Shown here in pieces: positions 35,720-48,700 of a stretch of 64,000 nt of DNA. Below the pieces are notes generated by a model. That model was not told the DNA's origin, ran no database searches, and saw only the letters and a program-made list of their open reading frames with translations. Each line of letters opens with the position of its first letter. Positions within the stretch are counted from its first letter, which is position 1. The stretch is from positions 930,001 through 994,000 of the forward strand of contig JABVCE010000002.1 of assembly GCA_014905635.1 (NCBI GenBank), in the 5' to 3' direction. The position numbers and the translations under genes are program-made. This stretch comes from Scenedesmus sp. PABB004 (lineage: Eukaryota).

Positions 35720-36527
35720 TCAGCTCTCGGCCGCGGGCTGCTGCGCGCCGTCGCCGCTGCCAAACACGCTGCCGAGGCTGCGCGCGTCGCGCTCCTGTGC
35801 GAGCAGGAGCTTGAGGTCGGACAGCTTGTGCATGCCGTGCACCACGTTGTCGCGCGTGCGCACGTTGACCGTGCCCTCCGCCTGCGCGCGCCGCAGCGCC
35901 GCCGCGGCGCCGCCGCGCTCAGCAGCAGCGCACAGCCCGCGCGGAGCCTGCCGCGGCGCCCGCGGGGCAGGCGTGTGCGGCGCGCGCGCGGCGTCTGCCC
36001 CCCACCTTCTCCTGCTCGCCGACGACGAGGATGTAGTTGTACTGCGCCAGTTGCGCCTCGCGCACTTTCTTCTGCATCTTGCGGTCGCTCACGTCCGCGT
36101 CGACGTGCAGCTTGCAGCCGCGCAGCTCCTTGCGCACCTGCGGCGCGCGCGCGTGCGACGCGCTCGGCGCCGCGTGGCGGCCGCGCGGCCGCGCGCGCGC
36201 CCGCCGCCCCGCCGCCCCGCCGACGGCGGGCGGCGTGTGCTCGCAGCGCTCGCCTGGTGCGCGTACTCGTAGCTGCTCTCGCTGATCGGCACGACCATGA
36301 CCTGGCGCGGGCTGAGCCAGAGCGGCCACTTGCCAGCGAAGTGCTCGGTCAGGATGGCCATCATGCGCTCCACGCTGCCCAGCACGGCGCGGTGCACAAT
36401 CACGGGCCGCTCGCTGCCCGCGCCGCTCGTGCCCTCGGTCACGTAGGTCAGGTTGAACCGGATGGGCAGCTGGAAGTCGAGCTGCACCGTCGCGCACTGG
36501 AACTTGCGCCGCAGCGCGTCGTACACT

Positions 36528-36566
<39 letters not shown>

Positions 36567-39500
36567 TGAGCCGGGCGCAGCGTGGGGCGCGTGGACCGCG
36601 CGGGCCGCAGCCCGGCAGCGGTGCGGGGCCCCCGGCGGGCGCTGGGCGCCTGCCGCCGCCCCGCGCGCGCGTGCGGGCGCAGCAGCGCGCAGCGCGCACC
36701 TGTGATGTCGATCTTGGGGCCATAGAAGGCGCCGTCACCGGGGTTCATCACCCACTCCCGCCCCGTCGAGTTGAGCGCCTCCTCCAGCGCCGCCTCGGCC
36801 TTGTCCCACAGCGCAAGCTCGCCTGCGAGCGTGCGCGGCGCGGCGCGGCGGGAGCGGTGTCGGCGCGGCGGGCGCGCGTCGGCGTGCCGCCGGCGCGCCG
36901 CCGGCCGGCGACGCGCCAGCCGGCGCCGCGCGCCGCGCGCCCGCGCTGAGCCGCGCCGCACCGAGGTAGCCCTCTGGCCGCGTGGAGAGGGCCATGGTGT
37001 AGTCGAGGCCAAAGATGCCGTACACCTCGTCCAGCATCTTCAGGAAGCTCGTGACCTCGCCCATCACCTGCGCCGGGGCGCGGCGGCGCCCGTCCTGGCC
37101 CGCGTGAGGCCGGCGCGGCACGGCGCGCGCAGCACGCGGCGGCCCCCGCGTGTGCCGCGAGCGCTGCCGCCGCCCCGCGCGACGCTGCGCCGCGCGCGCC
37201 TGGTCGGGGCGGCAGAAGATGTGCGCGTCGTCCTGCACGAAGCGCCGCACGCGCGTGAGCCCGCTCAGCGCGCCGCTGTACTCGTTGCGGTGCAGCACGC
37301 CAAAGTCGGCGAGGCGCAGCGGCAGCTCCCTGCGGCACGCGCGCATGCGGGCGCGGGCCGCCGTCGGACGCAGCGCGCGCAGCGCCGCCGGCCCGGCCCT
37401 GCAGCTCGAGCTCTGCCGCCCCGCAGCCCCAGCCCTGCAGCCCCAGCCCTGCGCGCGCCTGTAGGAGCGCGTGCGGTTGCCAAACATGACGCAGTGCCCC
37501 GGGCAGTTCATGGGCTTGAGCCCGTACTCGGCCTTCTCGACGTCAAACGCAAACATGTTTTCCCGGTAGTGGTCCGCGTGCCCGCTCGTGCGCCAGAGGT
37601 CAAAGTTGTAGATGTTGGGCGACACCACCTGGCAGCACGCGCCGCGCGCGGGGGCGCAGCGGGCGGCGCGGGCGCGGCGCTCGTCGGCCGCCGCCCTGGC
37701 CGCGTGGGCTCCTGCCCGCCCTCCCACACACACCCACACGCCCACACACCCAACACAATAGCCCCACGCACACGCCCACACCCCCACGCCACACGAGCAC
37801 ACCCCCCGCACCTCCTCGTACTCGTACTCCCAGTACTTCTCCCGCATGAGCTCGATGAGCGCGCCGTAGATGCGGCCGCCCGCGGGCAGGAAGAACGCGC
37901 TGCCCGGGGAGAGGGGGTTGAAGAAGAACAGCTCCTGCTGCACGCCCAGGTTGCGGTGGTCGCGCTTCTTCGCCTCCTCCATGCCTGCGCACGCGCGCCG
38001 CGCGCCGCCGCCCGCGGGCGCCGCGCGTCGGGGCCCGGCCGCCGCGGGGACGGGGCGGCGCGCGCCGCGCGCCCCGCGCTCGCCGCCGCGCCGCCAGCAA
38101 GCCACCCCTCCCCGCCCCGGCCCCGCAGGGCCCAGCGGCGCGGCGTGGCGCGGCGGTCTCACGGTGCTGGTAGTCCTTGAGCTGGGCCTTGTCCGGGAAG
38201 GTGATGGCGTAGATGCGCTGCAGCGGCTCCTTGGTCACGTCGGCGCGCCAGAACGCGCGCGAGACGTTGGTCACGCCCGCGGCCTTGAGGAAGCTCGTGT
38301 TGGGCAGGTGCGGGCCGGTGCAGAGGTCGACCATGGGGCCCACGCGGTACAGCGAGATCGTCGCGTCGGCGGGCAGGCCGTTGATGATCTCGACCTGGCC
38401 GCCGCGCGGCGCGGCGCGGCGCGGCGCGGCGCAGGGCGCCGTGAGCCGCCGCCGCGCGCAGCCGCCGCCGCCGGCGCCGCGAACCCGCGCGCGCAGCCGC
38501 GAGCCACCCGCCGCAGGCTGGGCCCGCGGGGGAGCCGCCCGTCGCGCGGCGCGCGGCTTGCGGCGGCAGGGCTGACTCGTTGCTTGTGAGTCACCTTGAA
38601 CTTGTTCTCCAGGAACATCGCGAGCGCCTCGTCGCGGCTCACGACGACGCGCTCAAAGCGCTGGCTCTCCTTGACGATCGCCTCGATGCGCTTCTCGATG
38701 ACCGGCCGGTCCGACTCCACCGACAGCACCTGCGCGGCGCGCGCGGGCGTCGGCGGGGCGGCCGCCGGCGCCGGCGCCGCGCCGCGCGCTGCCGGCCGCC
38801 TGCCGCCTGCCGCCTGCTCCGCCCGCCGTGGTGCCCCCCCCCCCCTGTGCGTGCGCGCCTTGTCGCCCATGTAGCAGTCGTAATAGAAGCCCTCCTCGAG
38901 CGCGGGGCCGATGGTGAGGTCGACGCCAAACTCGAGCTCCAGCGCCTGCCCCAGCACGTGCGCCGAGGAGTGCCAGAACGTCTGCGGCGACGCGCGGCGC
39001 GCACGCGCGGCGTTGGCGCCGGCGCGCGCCCGGCGGCCCGGCGGGCGGGCGGCCGCATGGGGGGCCGCCGGCCGGCGGCGGTTGCGGCAGCCGCCGCCGC
39101 TGCTGCTGCTGCTGCCGCCGCTGCTCCCGCGGCCGCCGCGCCGCCCGCGGGCGCCGCCGCGGCGCCGCTGTGGGTCCCCGCACCTCCTTGCCCTCGGGGT
39201 CGTCGAAGGAGTGCAGAGAGAGCGCGCAGTCGGCCTCGAGGGGGCGGAAGAGGTCCCACACCTCGCCGTCCACCTTGGCCACGACCACCTTCTTGGCCAG
39301 CGACTTGGAGATGCCCTCGGCCACCTCCAGCGGCGTCGTCGCGCCCTTCACGCCCGCCTTCTCGCCGCCGTCGGGGAGGGTGATGGTGATGGGCACCCCC
39401 GCCGCGCGCGCGGCGTCCACCTCCGCCCGGTGGCGCGCCGCATACTGCTCGAACAGGTCCACGCGCTTCTGGTAGTAGGGCTTCTTGGCCGCCACCATCT

Positions 39501-39567
39501 CCGCAAAGCTCTTCTCGGCCACGCTCAGCTGCTCCAGGCCCGCTGCGGCCTCGCTGACGGCCCCCAT
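35720..39567 (-). CDS. TARS: Threonyl-tRNA synthetase, cytosolic type (about 14 exons)
   Basis: TGS domain, [83 protein letters not shown] and [13 protein letters not shown] at 35720-35722. Confidence 0.97.
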
Positions 39568-39746
39568 GGCTGCGTGCGGGCGGCGGTGTGCGTCCGCGTC
39601 TCCGGGAATGGCTGGGCCATCGCGCCGCGGCGCGGGGAGGGCCGGCGGCGCGCGGCGGCCGGCGGTTGCGGCCCGCTACTGACGCCGACGGCGCGCGACC
39701 CCGCGGCTGCCCGAGCACGGCGCGGCGGTCACCACGCACCGCCGCG

Positions 39747-39751
39747 TTACA
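39747..39751 (-). terminator. TGTAA polyadenylation signal for alpha-adaptin
   Basis: TTACA on the + strand, 23 nt after the stop at 39774. Confidence 0.65.
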
Positions 39752-39773
39752 CTGTCGCCGCCCCCGGGCGCCC

Positions 39774-42700
39774 TCACGGCGCCGCGAGCAGCTGCGCGGC
39801 GATGGCGTCCTTGAGCGCGGCCGCGAGCTCCGCGTGCGGCGCGGCGACGGTGACGCGGAACTGCATGCGGTTCTGCGGGTTGCCCTCGACGCGGCTCTGC
39901 GCGGGCGGCGGGCGCGGTGTCAGCCGCGCCGCGCCGCGCCGCCGCGGTCACGCTGCGCGCTGTGCGCCGCCCCGGCCCGCGCGCGGCGCGGCGTGCACCT
40001 GCACCAGCGCGGCGGCCTCCGCGCCCGGCGGCCCGGCCATGAAGTAGGCCGCCCCGGCCTCGTTGTTGGGGGAGGGGTCGAGGTAGAGGTGCTCCACGCC
40101 AAAGCCCAGCCCGCGCAGCAGCAGCAGCACCGCGTCCGCGCCGAGCGGCGTCGGGCGCTCCAGCATCTGCTGCACCTTCAGCGGCGGGCCTGGCGGCGGC
40201 GGGGCGGCGGCGGCCAAGCGGCGGCCGCGTCGGCGCGCGCCGCCGGCACACGCGCGCGCCGCGCAGGGGTCGCGTGAGGGGGTGCCTCACCCGGGTAGGC
40301 GCGCCACCTGTCGAAGAACGCCTCGCGCGTGATGGCCGGCTCGGGCAGCAGGAACTTGTGCGGCGCGAGCGGCAGCGACAGCTCCTGCGCGACGCCGCGC
40401 CCGCCGCACGCGTAGCGCAGCACGAGCGCCGGCGGCGTGGCAAACGGCGCGAGGCACGTCACGCCGACCGCGACCTGCACCTGCTGCTTCGGCGCGAGCG
40501 ACGCCGGCAGCGCGCCGAGCGCGAGCGACACGCCGGGGCAGACGCCCGCGGGCGCGAGGCTGAGGCTGGTGAGCGGCGCGGCGGCGTGCTTGTTGCCGAG
40601 GAAAAGCAGCAGCTCGCCGGCCGCGCGCGCGTAGCGCGACTGCAGGCCGACTTGCAGGAAGGTGTCCTCGTACAGAATGCCCTGCGGCGCGGGCAGCGGG
40701 CAGGTGAGGCAGGTGAGCAGGCGAGCAGGTGAGCGGAGCGGGCGCCAGTTCAAACAACGGCCGCGGCGGCGGCGGCGCCCCGGGCCGGGCGCGCGTGCCT
40801 TGTCCTTGGTGAGCAGCGCGCGGTGCCACGCGCCGACGTCGCCCAGCACGCGCCAGCCGTCCGCGGGCGGCGCAAAGGCGTGGTCGTCAAAGCCGGCCGC
40901 GCTCGGCGGCGCGCCGCCCGACGCCGCGGGGTGCAGGCCGTGCGCCTCGTGCAGCCCGCTGCTGGCCGTGCTGCCCGCGGGGTTGAGCCCGCCCGGGCCC
41001 CAGGAGCCGGCGGACGTGAAGCCGCCCACCGAGCCCATGGGGGCCGCGTGCATGCCCGGCCCGCCGGTGAAGCCCGCCGCGGCCCCGCCCGTGAAGCCCG
41101 CGGCGGCGGCGCCAGTGAAGCCCGCCGCGGCGGCGCCCAGCCCCGCCGCCGCCACCGGCGCAAACGGCCCCTGCGCCGCGGGCGCTGGCTCTGCGGGCGC
41201 GGGCGCGGGCGACGCAAAGAGCGCCTCCAGCGGGTCCACGGGACTCGGCGGCTGCGGCGACTGCTGCGGCTGCAGCGGCAGCTGCTGCGGCGGCGGCGGC
41301 GGCTCCGCTGCTGCGAGCGGCGGCGCGGCCGCGGGCTCGGCCGCTGCCGAGGTGCCTGCGCGAGGGGAGCGGCGTCAGTGGTGCGCGGCGCAGCGCAGCG
41401 GCGGGCGCGGCGGGGCCGGCAGGCGGGCGGCGCGGGGCCCACCGTTGCCATAGCTGATGTCGTCTCCGAGCAGGTCCAGCAGGGACGCAGCGGGCGGCGC
41501 GGGCGCGGGCGCGGGCTCGGCGGCGCCGCCCAGCGCGGTTGAGAGCCCGGCGCTGCCAGCGGCTGCACCGCGGTCGGGCGAGGCGAGCCCCAGCACGTCC
41601 TCCGCCGCGGCGGCCGCTGCCGCCGAGGAGGGCAGCGGCGCCTCCACGGTGTCCGCGTCGTTGCCCTCGGTCGCCTGCGGCGCGCGGCCCCGTCGCGCGC
41701 CAGTGCCTCGCGCGCCCGCGGCGGCTGCGACACAACGGGCGGCAGCGCGTGCGCGCGTGCGCGCGGCGCGCCGCTCACCGCGAGGCGCTTGAGCAGCGCC
41801 GACTCGCGGCCCTCCCACTTGGGCATGGGCAGCACGTAGCTCGCGGCCGCCCTGCTGGGGTCCTGCGCCAGCACCAGGTACTCGGTCGCGCGCTGCTGCA
41901 GCTCCGCGTCGAGCTGGCGCGCGTAGCGGCCCAGCACCGCCCCGACCTCGCCCGCGAGCGCGGCGTCGCCCGGCTCGGCGAGGCGCATCTTGAGGAACGC
42001 GCTCAGCAGCAGGCCCTTGGTCGGGCCCGCCACAATCGGCAGGCGCTCCTGCAGCAGCCGGAACTGCTCCAGCAGCGACACCTGCGCCTGCGGCGCAGCG
42101 GCAACACGGCGGCGCGGTCGGCGGCCGCGCGCGCGCGCGCACGAGCGTGGGCCGCGCAGCACGGCGTGCGTGCCGCGCTGGGCGCCGCCCGGCCCGGCCC
42201 GGCCCCGGGCGGCGCACCTTGATGAGCCGCCCGTACTCGCCCAGCACGTACGCGGCGCAGCACATGAGCGCCTCGTGCCCCGCGCCGCGGCGCAGCACCT
42301 CGACCGTCTGCCCCGCCGCGTACGCCTGGCTGGGCGCGTTGTTGGTGATGAGCTGCACCACGCGGTGCCAGATGTCTTCGCTGCAAAAGTCGCCCGCGCG
42401 CTCGAGCAGCGCGAGCACGATGTCAACGTACCACTGCGCCGGCCGGCGGCGGCGGGCGGCGGCCGTCACGGCGCGGCCGCCGGGCGCGATGCGCACACCG
42501 TGTGGTGCGCGGCGCGCGGCGCGCAGCGGCGGCGCGGCGCCGCACCTCGACGGTCGGAGCAAACTTCTCGGCCAGGATGGCGATCTTGAGCACGAGCTCC
42601 TCACGCATGCCAAAGTCAGCGACCGTCAGGTAGGTCACCTGGGCGCGGCGGCGGCGGCGGCGGCGCAGCAGCAGCAACAGCTCGGCAGGCAGCGCAGCAG

Positions 42701-45296
42701 CCCGGGCCGGGCGGCCCGCACGGGCGCGCCGGCGCCCCGCCGACCCCGCGCTGCCCCGCGTGCGCCGCGGCGCACCAGCTCCTCGACCACCTCCACCGCG
42801 CCGCCGCCGCTGCACATGGTGAAGAGCAGGTCCAGCGCGCGGCGCCGGATGGAGACGTCTGGGTCCTTCAGGCAGGCCAGGATCGTCGGCTGCGCGGCGG
42901 GGCGCCGGGCCGGTGGGCGGCGGGGCCGGGCGCGGCGCGGCGCGCGTGCGAGGGGAGCAGCTCGCCGGCCGGCCGCCGCGCGGCACGGCGCGGCGCGGCG
43001 CGGCGCGGCGCGGGCGGCGCGCCTGGTGCGCGCGGATGCTCTCCTCGACCTCGGGCACGAGCGCGAGGCGCGTGAGGTTCTCCAGCGCGAGGTAGCGGAT
43101 GTTGGGCTCCTGCGCGCCAGACGCGGCCGCGGCGGCGGTCGGCCGCGCCCTGGCCCGGTGTGTGCGCGCGCGCCCGCGCCGCGCTCACGCCCGCGGCATG
43201 CCCATGTGCGCGGCGCGGCTGAACATGTGCCCCCCCCCCCACACACACACACTGCGCCGCGCCGCGCCTTGACGGACAGGAAGCGCCCCAGGCTGGTGAC
43301 GCTGCTGGCGAGCAGGTCGCGCGACGCGTCGAGCGCGAGGATGAGGGCGATCGCCTCAAACAGGATCGCGTGCTGCGCGTTGCTCTTGTTGATGGTCGCA
43401 GACTTGGCCGTCTCGCCGCACGCTGCGCCGGCGGCGGCGGCGGCGGCGCGTGAGCGTTGCGGGGTGTTGCGGGGTGTTGCGGCGCTGCAGTGCTGCCGCG
43501 CCGCCGGGTCTCACAGTTGAAGATGGTGACGAGCGCGTCGTGCAGCTGCTTCTGCGGCCCCGCGCCCTCCGGCAGCGGGAAGTACTGCAGCGCGCGCAGC
43601 ACCTTGGTCTGCGGCGGCGGCGCGGGCCGGGGCAGCGCGGCGGGGCGCCTCGCGCGCGCCGCCTCGCGCTGCGCGGCGCCACGCACAGCGCGGCGCGTGC
43701 CCCGCGCCGCGCGCCGCCGCGCCTGCAGCCATGGGCTGGCGATGCCGTAGTATGTGTAGTCGGGCGTGACGTCACGCAGGTACACCAGGCGCTCCAGCAG
43801 GCGCAGCAGCTTGCCATGGCACTGCTCGTACCCGGCTGCGCGCGCGGGGGGCGGACAGCGCGGCGTCGGCCGCGGCGCCGGCCGCGCGGCGGCGGCCGGC
43901 GCGAGCGCCCCGCGCGGGCGCGGCGCCGCACCGCTGGTCGTGCGGTTGCAGATGCCGAGCAGCAGCGTGACGCAGCTCAGCAGCAGCCCCAGGTCGCGCT
44001 CCTCGAGCAGCTGCGCCATCACGGGCGCGAACGAGTCCGCCGACACGAGCTGCGCGTCGGGCGGCGTCTTGCGCATGAGGCGCAGCAGGCACAGCGCCGC
44101 CTTCTTGCGCACCACCGCGCGCGCGACGCCGCTCTGCTGCGGGGCGGCGCGCGGGGGCGGCGCGCGGGGGCGGCGCGGGGGCGGCGCGGGGCGCGCGCGG
44201 GCGTTGGCGGCTGCCGCCGGCCCTGGGGCGCGCGCCGCCGCCATCGTGCAGCGCCGCGCCGCCCGCGTGCGGCGCACCAGCAGCTTCATCACGTCCGGCG
44301 TGAGCGCCTCCGCCATCTCCTGGCCGGCGACTGCGGGCGCGGGTGCAGGGCGCCTTCAGGTGCGGCGCCCGCCCGCCCGCCGCTGCCTGCCCCCCCCCAC
44401 ACCCTGTGGCCCCTGCCTCCGCCGCGCCCCCGCGCACTGTTGGCCACGAAGGTGAGCGCGAGGCTCTGGAAGGCCTCGTTCCTGCTGACCAGGTCGTTGT
44501 GGATGGCGTTGATGCCGAGGCGCAGGAACTCGTCCTTCTGCGGGGGCCGCACCCGACAGCGGCGGCGGCGGCGCGCAGCAACGTAAAGCGCTGCTCGCTG
44601 TGCGGTCGGCCCGCCGCCGCCGCCGCCGCCGCCTGGCGCGGGCGCCTTGGCGCCGCCGCCGCCGGCTGCGTCGCCCGCTCCGCTGCAGCAGCCCTGCTGC
44701 GCCGCGCCGCCGCGCACCTCGTTCATCAGGATCGAGCAGGCCATGTAGCCGACCTGCTTCTCCGAGTACCTGCGAGCCCGCGGCGCCCGCGGCATGAGCG
44801 GCGAGGCGGGCCGGCGGCGTGGCGCGGCGACCGCGCTGCGCCGCCGCACTTTGCGCTCGGGATGAGGTCGCAGGCCTGCTTGTGCCCGAACTCGACGTCG
44901 TAGCCCAGCATGTAGATGTAGAGCAGCTTCCAGACGTACTTCTTGCGGTCGTAGGCTGCGCGGGCGGCGGCGGCGGGTCGGCGCGCGCCGCGCCGCGCCG
45001 CGCCGCGCGGGGCGCCGCTGCTGCGCTGCGCCGATCGCCGCGCCGGCCCGCCGGCGCGCCTGTGAGCGTCTTCTTGTCGTCCCCGAACTTGGCACGGATC
45101 TTGGCGAGCTCCTTGTCGACGCGGCGCGTCTCCTGCTCCTTGTTCTGGCACGCCCGGATGTCGCTGATGAACACCTGCGCGCGATGGCCAGGGATCGGCG
45201 CCCCGCCGCCACGCCGATGCACCCCCAGCACCTCCACATCCAGCACCTCCCCAGGCGCACCTGCAGGCCCCGTATCGTCTGCCCCAGCTTCGCCAT
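39774..45296 (-). CDS. AP2A: AP-2 complex subunit alpha (alpha-adaptin)
   Basis: RGLQ|VFISDIRACQNKEQETRRVDKELAKIR, YDRKKYVWKLLYIYMLGYDV, YSEKQVGY, DYTYYGIASPWLQ, KDPDVSIRRRALDLLF, EELVLKIAILAEKFA, ELQQRATEY, and appendage GILYEDTFLQVG. Confidence 0.97.
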
Positions 45297-45723
45297 CGCA
45301 GCTGCCGCGCCTCCCGGCGCTCGCTGCCCGCGCGGGGCCGATCCCGGGGCTGCGGCGTGTGTGAGGCGGCCACGGCACGCGCGAGGGGCGGACGGGACGG
45401 CGGCCCGGCGGCGCGGCGCGCGGGGGGCGGGGCGCAGCGCGGCGGCGGTGCAGCGGTTGGCGTTCGGGCCGCGCAGGCGCGCCGCCGCGCTCGGGGCTGT
45501 GCTGCCGTCGCTTTCGTGGCCGATCTCGCAGAGGTGAAGCGGGCACGGCTCGTCAACTTGCACAATGGCAAGCACGTCGGCGCCCAGCACGCGGCGCGCG
45601 CGCGAGGGGTGCCGCCCCGGTGATGACAGGCAAGCAGTGCGCAGTCGCTCGTCCGCGCGCAAGTACCTACGGGTTCCCCGGGTGCAACAGTCACCGACCG
45701 ACCGACCGCCGAGCGCCGCCGCC

Positions 45724-48700
45724 CTACGGCGGCCCCTGCTGCGGCGAGCCGCGCGCGAGCACGGCAAACGGCGACGCCGGCGGCGGCGCCGGCGCGCCGA
45801 CGACGCCGCAGCCCGCCGCCTCGGCGGCGGCCTCGGCGGCCGCGCAGGCCTCGGCGCCGGCGACCTCGGCGTGCTGTGCCAGCGGCACCGCCGCGCCCGA
45901 GCCGCCGGAGCCGGCCGACCTGCCGCTCGTGGCGCGAGAGCCCGGCTGGCCGCCCGACATGCTGCCGCTGATGGAGCCGCCCGAGCGCGAGCTCAGCGAG
46001 TGCTCGCGCACCGTGGTGAGCAGGGTCGTCGACGGCGGGATGACCACGAGGCGGCCAGAGGACGTGCGGTAGAAGAATCCAGGGCGCTGCTGCGACGATG
46101 CTGCAGCTGGCCCGCCGGGGCCGCTGCCGGGCACGGTGGGCGCGGCGGCGGCGCCGCCGTCGTCGCCGGCGGGCGCCGCGGTCGCCGCGCCGCCGTTGGC
46201 CGCCTGCGCGTGGCGCGCGGCGACGGCGCCCGCGCCCACCGCGCCGGCCACGCGCGCAAAGGGCGACGACGAGCGTGGCGCGGCCGCCGGCGCCTGCTGC
46301 GCTGCGGGCTGCGCAAAGGGGCTGGGCGCGGCCGCGGGCGCCGCCGCCGGCGGCGGCTGGGACGCCGCGGCCGCCGCGGCCGCGGGCCGCGCCTGCGGGC
46401 GCGCGCCCCAGCCGCCCACCCAGCCGCGCAGCCCGGCGCCCCTGCCGCTGAGCTCGGGGGGCGCGGCGGGCACCGCAGACACCACGTGCACCGTGGGCGC
46501 GGGCGGTGCGCCGCTGCCCGCGGCGTCCGCTGGCGGCCCGGGCGCGCCGGGCGTGCCGGGCCGGGCGCCGCCGGCGGTGGGCGGCAGCGTGGCGCCGGCG
46601 CCGGCGGTGCCGCCGGAGCTGCGCAGGCCGCTGAGTGCGGAGGCGCTGCTGCTGGGCAGCATCGACAGCGCCATGCTGGGCAGCTTGTCGGCGAGGACCG
46701 AGGGCAGCGTACCCGTCGTCACGCTGCCCCATGGCTCGCCGCTGGCGGCGGCGCCGAGCGCGGCCAGGCCGGGGCCGCTCGCCGTCGTCGCGAGCGCCTC
46801 CACGTAGCCCGCCGCCGCCGCCGCGTCGCCGCCGGCGGCGCTGGGGCGCGCCGGCCGGTCGCCGCGCCGCGCGGCGCGGTGCACGGTGGCCAGGTAGCCT
46901 GCGATCGGCCCCGCGTCGCCCTGGGCGGCGTGGAGGTCGGCGACGTCGCCGTACGCGGCGTTGCTGCTGCTGCTGACGGCGACGTCGCCCTCGCTGCGGA
47001 AGAGCGACTCCGACGGCAGCGGCTCGTTGTCCAGCGGCTCGATCTCGCCCCGACCCCCGCCGCCGCCGCCGCCGCCGGGCCCAGGCGGGCCGTGCGGCGC
47101 AGCGAGCGGCGGCGCGGCGCCCCACTGCTGCCGCTCAAAGGGCGGCGCCTGCTGCTGGAGGTGGAAGGGCGAGGCGCGCGGCGGCGGCGCACCGCCGCCG
47201 CGGGCGTCGGCGCGCCACGCTGGCCGGGCGGCGGGGCTGCCGCCCGGCAGCGCGCCCGACACCTGGCGCACCGCCACGGCGTGCGCCCAGGGCTGATACT
47301 CGTCCTGCCCGCCCTCCGTCCCGCCGCTGCCGCCGCCGCTGCCGCGCAGCCGCGCGGCGCCGGCGTCGCCGCTCGAGCCTGAGGCGGCCGAGGAGACGCC
47401 GGTCCGCGACTCCAAGCTCGGACGGCTGGGCTGCCCCGCGCCCGGCACGCCGGCGGCGCCCTGCCCCGGGTAGGACCAGGTGGTGAGGCTGGGCGCCGCC
47501 AGGGTGCCGCTGGCGACCTCGCGCGCGTTGCGGTAGCGGTCCGAGTCGATGCTGGACCGGTCGGCGCCGCCCGCCCCGGCGGGCCGCCGCTCGCCGCCGC
47601 CGCCCCTGCCCGCAGGCACGGCCGCGGCCGCGGCAAAGGGGCTGACGGCCGCCGCCTGCGCCGCGGCGGCGGCGGGCGAGCCGGTGCTGCGAGTGCCGGC
47701 GCTGCTGCTGGCGGGCGGGTGGACCGTCTGCCCCGGCGGGCTGCCGACCAGCGCCGCGCCGCCGCCGCCGCCGCCGGCCGCGGCCGCGGCGGTGCGCGCG
47801 GCGGCGGCGCGCTGCTTCTCAGCGACGTAGAGGCGCTGCAGGGAGCGCAGCAGCTGCTGCACGGTGGGGCGCTGCTCTGGGTCCTGGTGCCAGCAGGCGG
47901 TCATGATGGCGGCGTACCCCGGCGGGCAGCCCGGCGGCAGCGGCGGGCGCCAGGCCTGGTATGCGATCATGTAGAAGATCTGGCCGATGGACAGGCCCTC
48001 CTCAAACACGCGCGCGCCCGTCAGAAGCTCCCACACTGCGACAGCGGGCGCGCGCGCGCCGCGCGGCGGCGCGGGCGCTCGGCGGCGCCAGGCGCGTGCG
48101 CGCAGGGCGCGCCACGCAGGCGCGCAGGCGCGCAGGCAGGCGGGCGCGCAGGCGCCGCTCACTCATCAGGCCAAACGAGTAGATGTCGGTGGCCGGCGTC
48201 ATGCGCCCCGTCAGGAGCAGCTCGCTGGGCATGTACGCGATGGTGCCTGTGGCGGCAGTTGCGGCGGTTGGCGGCGGTGGTTGGGCCGCACAGGCCGGCA
48301 GCCACACGCGCGTGGCGGCCGCGGCGGCTCGCGCGCGTGCGGCGCACCGTATGTGCGCGTTGAGATGTGCGTCGCGTCGAGGTCGAGCACGCGGCTGAGG
48401 CCAAAGTCGGTGATCTTGCACGCAAAGCCGCGCACGTCGCGCGTGGAGCCCTTGAGCAGCACGTTGGCGGTCTTGAGGTCGCCGTGCACCACGCCGATGG
48501 AGTGGAGGTAGTCCAGCCCGCTCGCCGTGTCCAGCAGCGCCTTGAGGATGCCCACCTGCGGCGCGTGGGCCGGGGTCGGCGGTCAGGCGGCGCGCTCGCG
48601 CGCACGCGCGCGGGCGCGCGCGGGCGGGCGGCGGCCCCGGCGGCGGCGCACCAGCTCCGGCCGCCCGTCCTCGCGCCGCACGAACCGCCCCTGGCTGATG